A stretch of 64,000 nucleotides of DNA from Azolla caroliniana (GCA_043228905.1 JBHGNT010000002.1:8184001-8248000), one strand, 5' to 3'; shown: positions 47,821 through 61,000, counted from the stretch's first letter. The notes: generated by a model not told the origin, from the letters alone. A program made the numbers and translations.

Positions 47821-49625
47821 ATCACTAGGAGGCTCCTAGTACTTCATCACCTTTGTAGATGATTGTACACGGAAGTTTTGGCCCTACTCGATCAGGTACA
47901 AAGACGAAGCGCTCGAGGTCTTCACTCTGTGGATATCTGAAGTGGAGAACCGGTCGGGACACAGAGTGAAGACACTAAGATCTAACAATGGAGGTGAGTA
48001 CACCTCTAGAGCCTTCAAAAAGTACCTGTCCAACAAAGGGATTTGGCATCAAAAGACTATTCCTTTCACACCCATGTAGAATGGAGTGGTAGAACGGATC
48101 AACCGAAATCCAGGAGAGGGTGACGGCAAAGCTCCAGCAAGCTGAACTGAAGCTGGAATTCTGGGCAGAAGCTTTGTAGACGGTAGCATACCTGATAAAT
48201 CTGGTGCCGTCAAGAGCAATTAGGTTTGAAGTGCCATAGACACTATGGTCAGGCAAACAACCCACCTACGATAGGCTCTGTGTATTCGGATGCGAAGCCT
48301 ACGCATTCATCCCTAGGGATAAAAGGACAAAATTGGCACCCCATGCAACGAAATGCATATTTCTCGGTTATAGAACCGATGGGGAATTCAACTACAGGCT
48401 ATGGGACCCTGAGAACCGGAAATTGATCCGAAGTAGTGATGTAGTCTTCAATGAAGACTCTATCTTCCCTCAGCGGAACCAACAGAGAACAGTTGGTAAG
48501 AAGGTATCCTTCGAAGACGACAGAGTTGTCATAGAAGAACCACCCCACCCAGCCGAATTAGAGATTTGACAAACAGTCGAACTCGAAAAGGCCAACAATA
48601 TACTTGCCAACTCCGATCGGGAACAGGTCCACTAGTCGAACTCGAAGACAAAGCCATCAAAGACAGAGCCGATTCGACAAGAGTCGAACAAGGCAAAGTC
48701 AACAAGATGGGAGTAGGAAACAGAACCGAGTCGACACAGTCTAGAGGGGAGGACAACGTGATACCACCGAAATCCTGATTTGGGGGCGGGTCACCTAACA
48801 AGAATCCTGGCACAAATGGTTCCACAAATACCGATTGCCCAATCGAGTTGATTGAAGAATCCGAACCACTTATCCTAGCACCCAAGAGATCTGGATGAGC
48901 TCGAAGGCCAACAGAGTTTTTTCAACCAAGCGTCGACTACATCAGCTAAACTGATGCAGGTGAACCAAGCACTTATGAAGAAGTTATGGCTGCAACGGAC
49001 GCCGACACATGGCTACAAGCTATGAGATGTGAAAGTGACTCAATTCACAAGAATCAAACATGGGAACTGGTTGAAATACCAGCTGGAAGGAAGCCGCTAC
49101 CTTGCAAATGGGTTTTCTGATACAAATATGTATTCGACTCAGAAAAACCCAAGTACAAAGCTTGGCTCGTCGCAAAGGGATTCAAACAAGAATACGGGTC
49201 GATTATGACGAGATATTCTCACGAGTAGTCAAGATGACCACCCTCTGACTCTTACTAGGAGTTGTTGTGACAGAAGACCTAGAGCTAGAGCAGCTGGATG
49301 TAAAGACGACATTCCTACATGGAGATCTGGAAGAAGACATCTATATGTCTCAACTGGCAAGCTTCATGGCGACGGGGGAGGACAGTCACCTCAATGTCGG
49401 TTAAAGAAAAGTCTATATGGCTTGAAACAAGCATCGAGGATGTGGTACCAGAAGTTTGACTCCTACATCAGATAGCTTGGATACTACCGATCTGACTCCG
49501 ACCCATGTATGTACACTCGGCAACTCGCCGACGAGTCTAGGATTTATCTGATCCTATACATCGACGACATGCTGATTGCAGGAAGCAATCTAGCAGAGAT
49601 AGGAAAGCTGAAGTAGAGCCTTCAT
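47821..49625 (+). mobile_element. Copia integrase-RT relic
   Basis: TFVDD, SNNGGEY, KCIFLGY, QLDVKTTFLHG, LYGLKQA, LYIDDMLI, with many stops. Confidence 0.85.
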
Positions 49626-49789
49626 GAATTTTCTTGATCAATTATCGGATATCAAGTCTCTAAGTGTGAGAGACAGAGAACGTAATAGAGCTTTGATTAA
49701 AGCTTCAATCTGTGCATATCTTTGCTTCTCTTTCTGTGTTTTTTTCTGAGTACGAACTGAGGCAGATCCTTACGTACACTTACGCAACA

Positions 49790-50990
49790 ATATCATGCCC
49801 CTCTGAGTAGATCAAGATACCATCTAGGTAAACTATGATGAAGATATCGAGGAAGTCTCGAAAAATGTCATTCGCCATATGTTGAAAAACTGTCGCTGCA
49901 TTAGTGAGACCAAATGTCATCATTGTATACTCAAAATGACCATAGCACGTGTGGAAAGTAGTCTTCCATTCATCCCCCGGACAAATTCGAAAAAGGTTGT
50001 CGGCACCACAAAGTTCTAACTTCGTGAAATATTGTGCTCCGCTGAGGCGTTCTAGAAAGCTTGAGATCAATGGTAGAGAATATTGGTTTCAAATAGTCAC
50101 TTTATTCAATCCTTGATAATCCATGACCATACGAAGCGAATGAAAAAGATGGGAGATCTTGAATATTGGATAAAACCATTTGCCAGGTTCTCATCGATAT
50201 ATTCTTGGAGAACCTCTAACTCTGTGGGTGAAAGGTTATAAATTGGCCCCCATGGAGGCTCTTTTCATGGTTGCAAATCAATCGGGCAATCATATGGTCA
50301 ATACTCTGGTAGTCTATTGGCCTTCACCTTATCGAACACATCAGAGAATTTTGTATACTTCTTTGGTAGTTGGACCCCCAATTCTTATGAGCTAGATGAG
50401 GGAGTTGCTAAAACTGTGAACACAAACATGTCTTCCTTCCTTCCTTCCTCATGTAACTGATGTATAGAGATTATTGAAATCTTGTGGAATCCTAGATTCC
50501 TTGTTAGAGTTGTAAGAGACTCAGACTGTACCATGACCTTTTCAATAGTTCTTTTTCTCCAATCAATACTTGGGTTATGTAGCTCAAACCATGGAAGACC
50601 AAGAACGAGGGAATGCTCTGGACTACTAGTGATGTTGAATGAGATGACACCGGCCAAATTACCTAGGACTACATGAATTGGTTCAGACTCTTCAACTATA
50701 TCACCTGATGTTATGGGGTGTTTGTCAATGACTCCAATAGCCACTAGGTTTGGGAGCTTGTGCAACTTGATATTATGCATTCTAACGAAGTCATGATCCA
50801 TGAAACAAGAGTTGGCTCTAGAATCTAAGAGGGCCAAAGCCGAGACTCGATGGCACCTAGATGTGGTAAGCTCAACTTGTGCGGAGAAAACTCAACTAAC
50901 TTGACCTGATGCAATGGAACCACTACTAGGGACCAACGTTATATGCCTAGGGCTGTCCAACCAAATGAATCTGATTTTGGCTGGACTTAC
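49790..50990 (-). mobile_element. Chromovirus protease-RT relic, probably the same element as 44753-46490
   Basis: ALLDSRANSCF, LGLPWFELHNPSIDW, GDEWKTTF..GHFEY..FGLTNA, VYLDGILIYS. Confidence 0.82.
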
Positions 50991-51476
50991 TCGTTTAATG
51001 TTGCGAATCACCGGTTTGATTCACCTTCTCCGCTCGGCCACAACCGAGTAATCGCGGATCAATGCAGCAGAAAATAGGAAATACAGAGAAAGACGCGATA
51101 CACAGGGATTAACGTGGAAAACCCTATACGGGAAAAACCACGGGAGTGCGAGACTCCAAACCAAACTATGCACAGAGAAATATATACAATGGCGAGCTGC
51201 AAGGCGACGACCTTGAGCTCGCTGTCCTCGCCACAGGCGGCGGTATTACACAGAGGCGTCGACCTCTTCGTTTCTCTCTCTCTCTCTCTCTCTCTCTCGG
51301 CTGCTCTCACTCCGCTCTCTCGACTAGAACATAAAATGAGCAACAACATAAAACTGTTTGCCCTAAGTCATATTTATACACATATGACTTTCGGGCTATT
51401 TACAAATATAGCCTCAAGGGCTCTTGGCAAACATATTCACAAATATGTCCCCGCATCCGGATCTCTCTCCGGGTAC

Positions 51477-51665
51477 ATTCGTCATCCGGCTCCGTAGCCG
51501 GGGTCTACATCATCCGGCTCCGTAGCCGGGTCTTCGTCATCCGGCTCCGTAACCGGGTCTTCGTCATCCGGCTCCGTGACCGGGTCTTCGTCATCCGGCT
51601 CCGTGACCGGGTCTTCGTCATCCGGCTCCGTGCCGGGTACTATTTATCATCCGGTTCCGTAACCA
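51477..51665. repeat. About 7 x 27-bp tandem repeat in the Copia U3 (also about 56318-56506)
   Basis: Unit GGGTCTTCGTCATCCGGCTCCGT(A/G)ACC, period 27. Confidence 0.92.
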
Positions 51666-51736
51666 GAACCGGGCTTGCCGTCATTCATCTCCGGACATCC
51701 CATCCGGAGGGACCGAGATCCCAACAAACTCCCCCT

Positions 51737-54700
51737 TCACTTCGGCATGGGATGTCTCTCCAATCCGATCCTCTTCCGGCATGCTTCTAGCTTGTCGGGT
51801 GTGAGCACTTTGGTCAGCATATCTGACCCGTTCTCGTCCGTGTGGATCTTCGTCAACACGAACTCCTGGTCTTCTATCCTTTCCCGGATCCAGTGATATC
51901 TTCGCTGGATGTGCTTCGTCCGGGAGTGATAGGCCGCGTTCTTCGCAAGGTGGATGGCACTCTGACTGTCGCAGTAGAGTCGGTACTCCTCCTGCCGGAT
52001 ACCGAGCTCTCTAATGAAGTCCTTCATCCATATTATTTCCTTGCCGGCTTCAACAGCCGCCATGTACTCCGCCTCCGTGGTTGACAACGCAACCGTCTTC
52101 TGCAGCCTCGACTGCCACGAAACAGCTCCCCCTGCATATGTCATCACATACCCTGATGTGGACCGGCTGGTATCTGCATCAGCCGACATATCCGAATCGG
52201 TAAATCCATCGAGTTCGGGCTTACCGGAGCCGAATCGGAGGCACACGTTTGCCGTGCCCTTCAGGTATCGGAGCATCCACTTGACCGCGTTCCAGTGCTC
52301 CGTGCCGGGGTTACTCATGTACCGGCTCACCACTCCGACTGCATATCCTATGTCCGGTCTTGTACACACCATTGCGTACATCAAGCTTCCGACGGCAGAG
52401 GCATATGGTACTTTCATCATGTCCTCCTTCTCAGCCTTTGTCTTGGGACTTTGCTTGCTGGACAGCTTGCAGTTTGCCGGGAGGGTCGATCCGACCGGTC
52501 TTGCCTCCGACATGTTGAACCGGTGAAGCACCTTCGTCACGTACTTCTCCTGTGACAGCCACAACTGCTTCTTCTTCCGGTCCCGGATGATGTGCATCCC
52601 TAATATTTGCCTCGCCTGACCCAGGTCCTTCATTGAGAAGGTTCGGTGAAGAGCCTTCTTCAGCATCCGTATCTTGACCTGGTCCCGTTCGACGATCAAC
52701 ATGTCGTCCACGTACAGGAGGAGTATTAGAAAGTCTCCTCCTTCGAACTTCTTCACAAACACGCAGTGGTCGGACTGCGTTTTGAGGTACCCCTCGTCGG
52801 TCATGAAGGAGTCGAACTTCCGGTACCATTGCCGGGGAGCCTGCTTCAGTCCGTAAAGGCTCTTCTTCAACCGGCATACCAGGTGCTCCTTCTCTTTCTT
52901 CTCGAATCCTTCCGGTTGCTGCATGTAGATCTCTTCTTCGAGGTCACCGTGAAGGAATGCCGTCTTCACGTCCATCTGTTCTACCTCGAGGTCCATGCTT
53001 GCCGCTATGCTCAGCACCGTCCGGATGGAGGTCATCTTCACTACCGGGGCAAATATCTCGTCGAAGTCGACGCCCTTCTTCTGCTGGAACCCCTTCACCA
53101 CGATCCTGGCTTTGTATCTTGGGGGGTTTCCGGCATCTCCCGGTTTCAGCTTGAACACCCACTTGTTACGGAGTGCCCGTTTTCCTTTCGGCAACTCCAC
53201 AAGTTCATATGTGTGGTTCTCATGCAGGGAATCCATCTCCTCCTGCATGGCACTTAACCACCTGCGGCTATGGGTGTCATGCTTCGCTTCTTCAAAGCTC
53301 TCCGGCTCCCCCTCGTCGGTTAGCAGCACGTGCTCTGGTTCCGGAAATCTCCGGGGGGCCCTTCTCTCTCTTAGAGGATATCTCCGTTCCGGAGCTTCGG
53401 TAACCGGTTCTTCCGATTCTTCTTCATCCGAATCCATTTCGGGATCGGGGCCGGTTCCGGTATCATATTCATCTTCTTCGGCCGGTTCTGTTTCTTCACC
53501 GTCTTCGGCCGGATCCTCGAGTGCTAACCGGTCCCTTGCCGGTCGGGACTGCTCCTCGTAGAGTTGATTCTCACCGGTCGACTTGGAGCTCTTCATCTTC
53601 TTCTCCGACTCCCAGTCGGCGAGTGTCTTGTCCTCCATGAAGATGATATCACGACTCCTGAATATCTTCTTGTCGACCGGGTCCCATACTCGGTAGCCGA
53701 ACTCATCGTCGCCGTAACCGAGGAATATGCATGGACGGGTCTTTGGATCTAGCTTTCCTCTCCGGTCCTTTGCCACATGCACATATGCGAGACACCCGAA
53801 CACCTTCAGATGCCGGTAGGACACTTCCCTACCGGTCCACACTCTCTGCGGCGTGTCTCCGTCCAAAGGTACTGAGGGTGATCTGTTAATTACGTATGTC
53901 GCCGTCGACATTGCCTCAGCCCAAAACCCCTTGGGTAATCTCGCATGCGCCAGCATACTCCGGACCCTCTCCATTATGGTCCGGTTCATCCTCTCGGCCA
54001 GCCCGTTCAGTTCCGGCGTCTTCGGCACTGTAAACTCGAGCCGGATTCCCTTCGAGCGACAGTACTCCTGGAACTGCCCCCGGTATTCCCCTCCGTTATC
54101 CGCTCGTATCGCTTTCAGCTCCTTGCCGGATTCTCTTTCCACTCTCGCGTGGAGTTCTTTGAAGACGGACAATACTTGGTCCTTTGTCTTCAACGGTGCC
54201 GTCCACAGCTTCCGGCTGTGGTCATCAATGAATGTCACGAAGTACTGGGCTCCGCCATGTGACTTCGTTTCCACTTGACACACGTCAGTGTGCACCAACT
54301 CCAATGGTGCGCTACGTCTCGTCGGTGGCCTTGAGTGGAAGGAGGTTCGGTTCTGCTTACCGGCCAGGCAATTGGTGCACTTCTCCAGGTGCACATGCTT
54401 CACTGGAATGAGGTTGTCATCTGCAAGCCTCTTCATCCCCTTCTCACTCATGTGGCACAGTCTCTTGTGCCACAGCTCACCGGCAGCGTCAGCTGCCACG
54501 TTCAGCTCCTCCGGACATAGCCGGGAATTCATCAGGTACAGTGTGTTGACTTTCCGGGCCCGAGCCACTATCAGACTCCCCTTGCTGAACTTCATGACAC
54601 CGTTCCGGATGCTACCCGTGTAGCCTTCATCGTCTAGCCTCCCAGCCGAAATCAGGTTCAATCGAACCTCCGGAACGTGTCGAACATCCTTCAGCAGCAT

Positions 54701-55810
54701 TTTGCATCCGGTTGATGTCATCAGCCACACGTCTCCTATGCCGGCAATCCGGCACGTACCTTCATTTCCCATCCGGACACAGCCATGCTCACTGGCTGTG
54801 TAGGATGAGAAGTATTTCTTCTCCGGGGTCAGGTGGAACGACGCTCCGGAATCGACCACCCAGGTCATCTCTTCTCCGGCAAGGTTCAGCTCCCTCTCTT
54901 CGGTAATGAGCATTATCTCTTCTTCACTTGCCGCGAGTGCTGTCGTTCCTTTCCGGTCCTGCCCTCGCCGATCCGGACCTCTCCGGTCCGTGGCTCCCCG
55001 GTATGCACCGTTTCTCTCCGGTGACTTCTTCAAATCGGTGTCGTCGGCTCCGTTGTCCTTTCGGTAATGCCGACAATTCTTCCGGAAGTGCCCCGGCTTC
55101 CCACAGTGGAAGCATGTAGGCCTTCCTCTTGACTGCGACCGGGTCCCCGACTTTTCCCGTCTTTGCGGACTCCGGTTCCATTGTCTTCCCCGATCCGATT
55201 CGGTAAGCAGCGCCTTCGTGTCGGAGACCGGTTCTTTATCTCTCCGACGCGCTTCTTCGTTCAAAATACTTGTCTTTACCGTTTGTAGGGACAAGTTGTC
55301 TTCCGTGCAGGAGGTGCTGAGAGTCACCACCAAGTTCTCCCAGCTGTCCGGCAATGTACACATCAGGATGATGGCTTGCATTGCATCCTCCAACGGGAAC
55401 TTAATCGCCGCAAGCTGGTTCACGAATCCCATGAACGTGCTTACGTGTTCCACCATACTCTCGCCGTCCCGGTACTTGAGATTCACTATCTTCCTCATCA
55501 GGGAGGTCCGGTTCAACGCATTCTTCCTCTCGTAGAGGCCCGACAGCTTCTTCCACATCTCGTATGCGTTGGTGTCGTTCGCCACGTGTTGTAGGACGCT
55601 TACATCGACATATTGTCGGATCGTTGCTACGGCTTTCCGGTTCAGGAGCTTCCACTCCGACTCAAGTACCCCTTTCGGTATTTCCGACCTGTCAATCGGT
55701 TCGTACAGGTCCCGAACAATCAGAAGATCCTCCATCTTGATCTTCCAGTCGGCGTAGTTCTGCGCATTCAGCACCATCATCCCCGGCTGCCCGCTGCTGC
55801 CGCCTTCCAT
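51737..55810 (-). CDS. Copia gag-pol polyprotein, 1357 aa
   Basis: Uninterrupted ORF from ATG 55810: CFHCGKPGHFRKNC, WVVDSGAS, WHKRLCH, VHTD/ADNGGEY/NGLAE, YVDD, FTDSD, TEAEY. Confidence 0.97.
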   Translation of the reverse strand: MEGGSSGQPGMMVLNAQNYADWKIKMEDLLIVRDLYEPIDRSEIPKGVLESEWKLLNRKAVATIRQYVDVSVLQHVANDTNAYEMWKKLSGLYERKNALNRTSLMRKIVNLKYRDGESMVEHVSTFMGFVNQLAAIKFPLEDAMQAIILMCTLPDSWENLVVTLSTSCTEDNLSLQTVKTSILNEEARRRDKEPVSDTKALLTESDRGRQWNRSPQRREKSGTRSQSRGRPTCFHCGKPGHFRKNCRHYRKDNGADDTDLKKSPERNGAYRGATDRRGPDRRGQDRKGTTALAASEEEIMLITEERELNLAGEEMTWVVDSGASFHLTPEKKYFSSYTASEHGCVRMGNEGTCRIAGIGDVWLMTSTGCKMLLKDVRHVPEVRLNLISAGRLDDEGYTGSIRNGVMKFSKGSLIVARARKVNTLYLMNSRLCPEELNVAADAAGELWHKRLCHMSEKGMKRLADDNLIPVKHVHLEKCTNCLAGKQNRTSFHSRPPTRRSAPLELVHTDVCQVETKSHGGAQYFVTFIDDHSRKLWTAPLKTKDQVLSVFKELHARVERESGKELKAIRADNGGEYRGQFQEYCRSKGIRLEFTVPKTPELNGLAERMNRTIMERVRSMLAHARLPKGFWAEAMSTATYVINRSPSVPLDGDTPQRVWTGREVSYRHLKVFGCLAYVHVAKDRRGKLDPKTRPCIFLGYGDDEFGYRVWDPVDKKIFRSRDIIFMEDKTLADWESEKKMKSSKSTGENQLYEEQSRPARDRLALEDPAEDGEETEPAEEDEYDTGTGPDPEMDSDEEESEEPVTEAPERRYPLRERRAPRRFPEPEHVLLTDEGEPESFEEAKHDTHSRRWLSAMQEEMDSLHENHTYELVELPKGKRALRNKWVFKLKPGDAGNPPRYKARIVVKGFQQKKGVDFDEIFAPVVKMTSIRTVLSIAASMDLEVEQMDVKTAFLHGDLEEEIYMQQPEGFEKKEKEHLVCRLKKSLYGLKQAPRQWYRKFDSFMTDEGYLKTQSDHCVFVKKFEGGDFLILLLYVDDMLIVERDQVKIRMLKKALHRTFSMKDLGQARQILGMHIIRDRKKKQLWLSQEKYVTKVLHRFNMSEARPVGSTLPANCKLSSKQSPKTKAEKEDMMKVPYASAVGSLMYAMVCTRPDIGYAVGVVSRYMSNPGTEHWNAVKWMLRYLKGTANVCLRFGSGKPELDGFTDSDMSADADTSRSTSGYVMTYAGGAVSWQSRLQKTVALSTTEAEYMAAVEAGKEIIWMKDFIRELGIRQEEYRLYCDSQSAIHLAKNAAYHSRTKHIQRRYHWIRERIEDQEFVLTKIHTDENGSDMLTKVLTPDKLEACRKRIGLERHPMPK

Positions 55811-56639
55811 TTTCTGCACTGCCGTCGCTCTGATACCAGTTTGTTGCGAATCACCGGTTTGATTCACCTTCTCCGCTCGGCCACAACCGAGTAATCGCGG
55901 ATCAATGCAGCAGAAAATAGGAAATACAGAGAAAGACGCGATACACAGGGATTAACGTGGAAAACCCTATACGGGAAAAACCACGGGAGTGCGAGACTCC
56001 AAACCAAACTATGCACAGAGAAATATATACAATGGCGAGCTGCAAGGCGACGACCTTGAGCTCGCTGTCCTCGCCACAGGCGGCGGTATTACACAGAGGC
56101 GTCAACCTCTTTGTTTCTCTCTCTCTCTCTCTCTCTCTCGGCTGCTCTCACTCCGCTCTCTCGACTAGAACATAAAATGAGCAACAACATAAAACTGTTT
56201 GCCCTAAGTCATATTTATACACATATGACTTTCGGGCTATTTACAAATATAGCCTCAAGGGCTCTTGGCAAACATATTCACAAATATGTCCCCGCATCCG
56301 GATCTCTCTCCGGGTACATTCGTCATCCGGCTCCGTAGCCGGGGTCTACATCATCCGGCTCCGTAGCCGGGTCTTCGTCATCCGGCTCCGTAACCGGGTC
56401 TTCGTCATCCGGCTCCGTGACCGGGTCTTCGTCATCCGGCTCCGTGACCGGGTCTTCGTCATCCGGCTCCGTGCCGGGTACTATTTATCATCCGGTTCCG
56501 TAACCAGAACCGGGCTTGCCGTCATTCATCTCCGGACATCCCATCCGGAGGGACCGAGATCCCAACATTTAACACATCATCTAATTGGCTCAAGACATCA
56601 AATGTATTTTTATGACAGGGTCTACTAGGCCTACTTAGG

Positions 56640-58087
56640 TTACGAGAAGGCGGCACTACCGGAGAGCTATGGCACAAGAGGCTATGCGACATGAGTGAGA
56701 AAGGGATGCAGAAGCTTTCCGATGATGACCTCATTCTAGAGGTAAAGAATGTGCATCTTGACAAGTGCACAGATTGCTTGGCCAACAAACAAAACAAAGC
56801 TTCCTTCCAATCTAGGCCCCCGGTGAGGAAGAAGACGGATGTATGCTACGTTGACACAAAGTCACATGTTGGTGCCCAATATTTTGTGACCTTCATAGAT
56901 GACTATAGCCAAAAATCGTGGGTTTCCACATTGAAGACAAAGGACTAAGTGTTGTCCATCTTCAAAAAATTCCAGGCAAGAGAATCCGAACAAAAGTTGA
57001 TGGTTATCCGAACGGATTATGGAGGGGAGTACAGAGGACAGTTCGAGGAATATTGTTGGGCTCAGGGTATGTGGCTAGAATACATAGTGCCAAAGACTCC
57101 GAAACTGAATGGAATGGCCGAAAGGATGAACCAGACCGTGATGGAGAGAGTCCGATGCATGTTGGCACATACTAAGTTACCAAAGACCTACTGGGCAGAG
57201 GCTTTGAAGACAACTATTTATGTCAGAAACAGGTCTCCCTCAGCCCCTTTAGAAGGCAACATCCCACAAAGGGCGTGGACAGGGAAAGAAGTATCATACT
57301 AACATCTAAGGGTGTTCTGTTGTCTGGCATATGTACACATTGCTAAGGACTGGAGGGGGAAGCTCGATCCTAAGAGTTGACCATGTATCTTCCTAGGATA
57401 CATGGAAAGGGTTGCCCATGTATCTTCTTGGGATATGTGGAAGATGAATTGGGATATTGGCCCATGATCGATAAGAAGATCATCAAGAGCCGAGACATAG
57501 TCTTCATGGACAAAAAGATTGTTGTTGACCAGGAAACAAAGAAGAAATGATCATCCCCCGAGTTGACCGATAGAGAGGAGCTGGATGGAATAAGTACCCA
57601 TCCGATCGGAAGCCAGATGCTAGCCGAAGAACCAAACGCACCGGCCGGATTCATCAAGGAACCGAATCAACTGAAGGAGAACCGGATACCGGATCTGGAT
57701 AGGGATCCGAATCGGATTGACATGAAGATAAGATTGAGTAGGAAGATATAGAATCGATGGTGAATAACCAAGGCATGAGATATCCTCTGAGAGAGACAAG
57801 AGCCCTCGTAGATTTTCGGATGAAGAACGTGTACTACTAACTGATGAGGGGGAGCCAGAAAGCTTCGAGGAAGCAAAGAGGGACACCCACAACTATAAGT
57901 GGTTGAGTGCCATGTAGGATGAGATGGATTCCTTGCATGAGAACCACACATATGAGCTAACGAAGTTGCCGAAAGGAAAGAGGGCACTTCGGAACAAGTG
58001 GATGTATAAACTGAAACTGGGACATGGTGGAAATCCACCAAGGTACAAAGCCCACATTGTGGTAAAGGGCTTCCAGTAGAAGAAAAG
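56640..58087 (+). mobile_element. Tork-like Copia integrase to RT-start relic
   Basis: TFIDD, RTDYGGEY, NGMAERMN, EPESFEEAK, RYKAHIVVKGF; truncated by the tandem array. Confidence 0.88.
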
Positions 58088-61000
58088 GGATCCACCACAA
58101 CTAATCAAATGTATAAAGGAGAAGGAATCATCTATCGACATTGGCAAGCAAGAAGAGGAAAGCATAACAATTGATGAATATTCGTGGGATAGGGAAAACA
58201 AATCATTCCACATGGTGTCTAAGGAGGAAGAAGTCATTGAAGAGAAAAGTATTATCACCCTAAAGGGGAAAAAGAAGATGATTTCAAACGATGTCCAAGG
58301 AGAAGAGGATCTAAGGTTTATTTCTCTCTTTTTTAAGTTTACAAAGTTATTCATAAATGAGTATTCACAGATAAGAGTAGAAGGCATCAAGCACCACATC
58401 AAGTTGGAGAATTTGAAGTTTGTCTCACTTATTGTGGTTGTTCCAAAGGAGAAAGACGTCAACTTCCAATCCTTGAATGATTCAACCAAACGAGATTTAT
58501 TTTTGCTTCCTTTTCGAGATGAGATTCTAGATGAAATGGTCATACATAAAAAACAAGGTAATGTGGAGAATGTGGTGTGCCAAGAAGAAAGTCATGTTGA
58601 TGAAGCAAAGATTGACATAATTCAAAATATGACAATTCTGACAAGTCTCGAAGCTTTGAAGGTATTTGTACAAAAGGTTCGCTCGCTCGAAAGATTTATT
58701 CATATGTTAACATGCTTACTTCTATCAAGAGTTATGTATCACATAGACCTACTTCTGTTTGGAAAGTTGATGAAGATATACTAATTGTTGTAACCTCTTT
58801 CTTTGTGTTGACAAGGAGAAAGATGGTGATGGCAATTGTCAATGTGTATGTGTGTGTGTTTAGAAGTGTGAGGTTTTTCCTATCGACTAGCGGGGGTTTT
58901 ACTCACATAGTTTGTTTCTTTTCTATTTATTTTCTCCTTCTTTGTCTATAGCCATGAATAAGGCGAAGGAGAACCTTTAGTTTTATTAGTAGCTTAGGGT
59001 TCACCATAAATGGTTCACAAAAAAGCAAGGGGGAGGGCTAAATGTGAAAGTGTTTTTAGAATTCAAGGTATTGAAGTCTACAAGAATATAAGGTATGGTG
59101 CGTTCACATCCGGAGGGCAAGATCACGAGCTAAGGTCTTGAGGATAAGTCAAACAAAAAGCAAGTCACGTGGAGAAAAGTAAAAGAAGAAAAAAGCGGGC
59201 ACCAAAATGCAGTCTACAACGAACGCTCATAACTCATTCGTTTGGAAGCCAAATATAATGTGTAAATATGGGTTGGAAAGTTTGTGAAGAGAGCTATCCG
59301 TAGCTTTTTAAAACTCTAAATTTGGAGCATGGATGAGGGAGATATGACGATTAGAAGATCATTGTGTCATAGCTAAGAATAGGAGATGGAAAAGCTCTAA
59401 AAAAAGCGTGGAAAAGAAAGCAAGCGAAACTTATCTACTAGAGGAGAACTTCATATAAAGCAAGAAGAGTGAGGTGGTGAGGAGGGGCCTTTTTTGTGGG
59501 GTTTTTCTTGCCTATTCATGTAGTGCGTTTTTTTCTAGTGATCAATTCATCCTTGTAGGCTTGAGTTTATGTATCTTCTTTCTCTTGTTTCTAGGATCAT
59601 CACTCCTTATTAATATATCTTTGTAGATTTGGGTTTCTATATCTTCCTTCTCTCTCTTTTCTATCATCATCTCTCTTTTCATTTTTGGCGCTCCAGGGAG
59701 GGCCGATCCTTTCTGTATAACGGGAGGAACGGTTGTCCACTAATTGATGGTTGGATCTACCGATTCATCATCAAACTAATGGCACGATATGGAGTTCGCG
59801 ATGCGACAGATCTACGAAGAGAACTTTTCCAATTGCGTATGGTTTCACCAATGTGCTACCTCGAGTATGAGAAGACGTTTTTGGATATATGGTCCACTTG
59901 GATTGGACTTGTTGGAGGCGTTGAAGATGTATACTTCAAGATGGAAAGATTCAAAGCAGGGCTAGATCCATATTTTCAATATGAAGTGCATATGAAGTAC
60001 CCAAGGTCTTTCCATGATTTGCTTCGAGTATGTCAAAGTTATGATCAACAATTGAAGAAGTTGTTATTCGGTGAAGCATATGGATTATCGGCGTCATATA
60101 CCATAAATCCAAGCTATAATAATTGTGGATCGGTCATGAGCCAACAACCAGCCTACTTGCAATGTCCGATTCAACAGGTTCCCTCATATCATTATTCTAA
60201 TTTTTGGAGTTATAATGATGTCTATGAAGGTGATTCCAGAGACAATGAAGAAGAGGTGATGAATGTGGAGTCCCCCCATCTAGTTCATGAGGACAACCAT
60301 GATATAAAGAATGATGATGTGAAAGACGAATCTAAGGAGATAGTTATGAGAAGCGATGTTATGGATGGTGATGCCAATGTACATCATGTTGAGGACATTA
60401 TTGATACAACAAGTGATATGGTGGTTGATGATGAATATGTGCAAGATGAAATGGAAGATATGACAAAAGAAGTTGTTGATGGTGAAGTACCCACAACGAA
60501 GTTGCAAGATGAAGAAGGTAACCTAGAAGTGATAGCTGGAGATTGGCTTTTGGAGATCAATGCGTGTAAGGAAGCATTGGTAAGTGCCAAGTTGCAGTGT
60601 ATGAAGGTGTTCATGCATGATTTATGTTTTGGATTTGCATTGAGTAGCAACAAAGTTATGTGGGCATCAACTCTTCAACAACAATTTGACCAAGAGCCAA
60701 GAGATTTACTTGTAATGCATGATTGGAGTATCATTAACTTATCACCATCAAAGGATCCACCACAACTAATCAAATGTATAAAGGAGAAGGAATCATCTAT
60801 CGACATTGGCAAGCAAGAAGAGGAAAGCATAACAATTGATGAATATTCGTGGGATAGGGAAAACAAATCATTCCACATGGTGTCTAAGGAGGAAGAAGTC
60901 ATTGAAGAGAAAAGTATTATCACCCTAAAGGGGAAAAAGAAGATGATTTCAAACGATGTCCAAGGAGAAGAGGATCTAAGGTTTATTTCTCTCTTTTTTA

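Larger units (their letters stand above)
50999..56567 (-). mobile_element. Intact, very young Ty1/Copia element (Tork/Tnt1-like)
   Basis: LTRs 55842-56567 and 50999-51726 (2 substitutions plus one TC unit different); TSD TTTAA at 50994-50998 and 56568-56572; iMet PBS TGGTATCAGAGC; PPT AGGGGGAGTT. Confidence 0.98.

Noticed and set aside
51477-51665. CRISPR-like array in the LTR
   Set aside because: Contiguous tandem repeats without unique spacers.
55811-55867. N-terminal extension of the Copia polyprotein from the GTG at 55867
   Set aside because: It begins inside the LTR and crosses the PBS; the ATG at 55810 is the plausible start.
51842-55894. Many plus-strand ORFs over the Copia (and similar ones over the Gypsy)
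   Set aside because: Antisense shadows of GC-rich coding sequence with no recognisable motifs.
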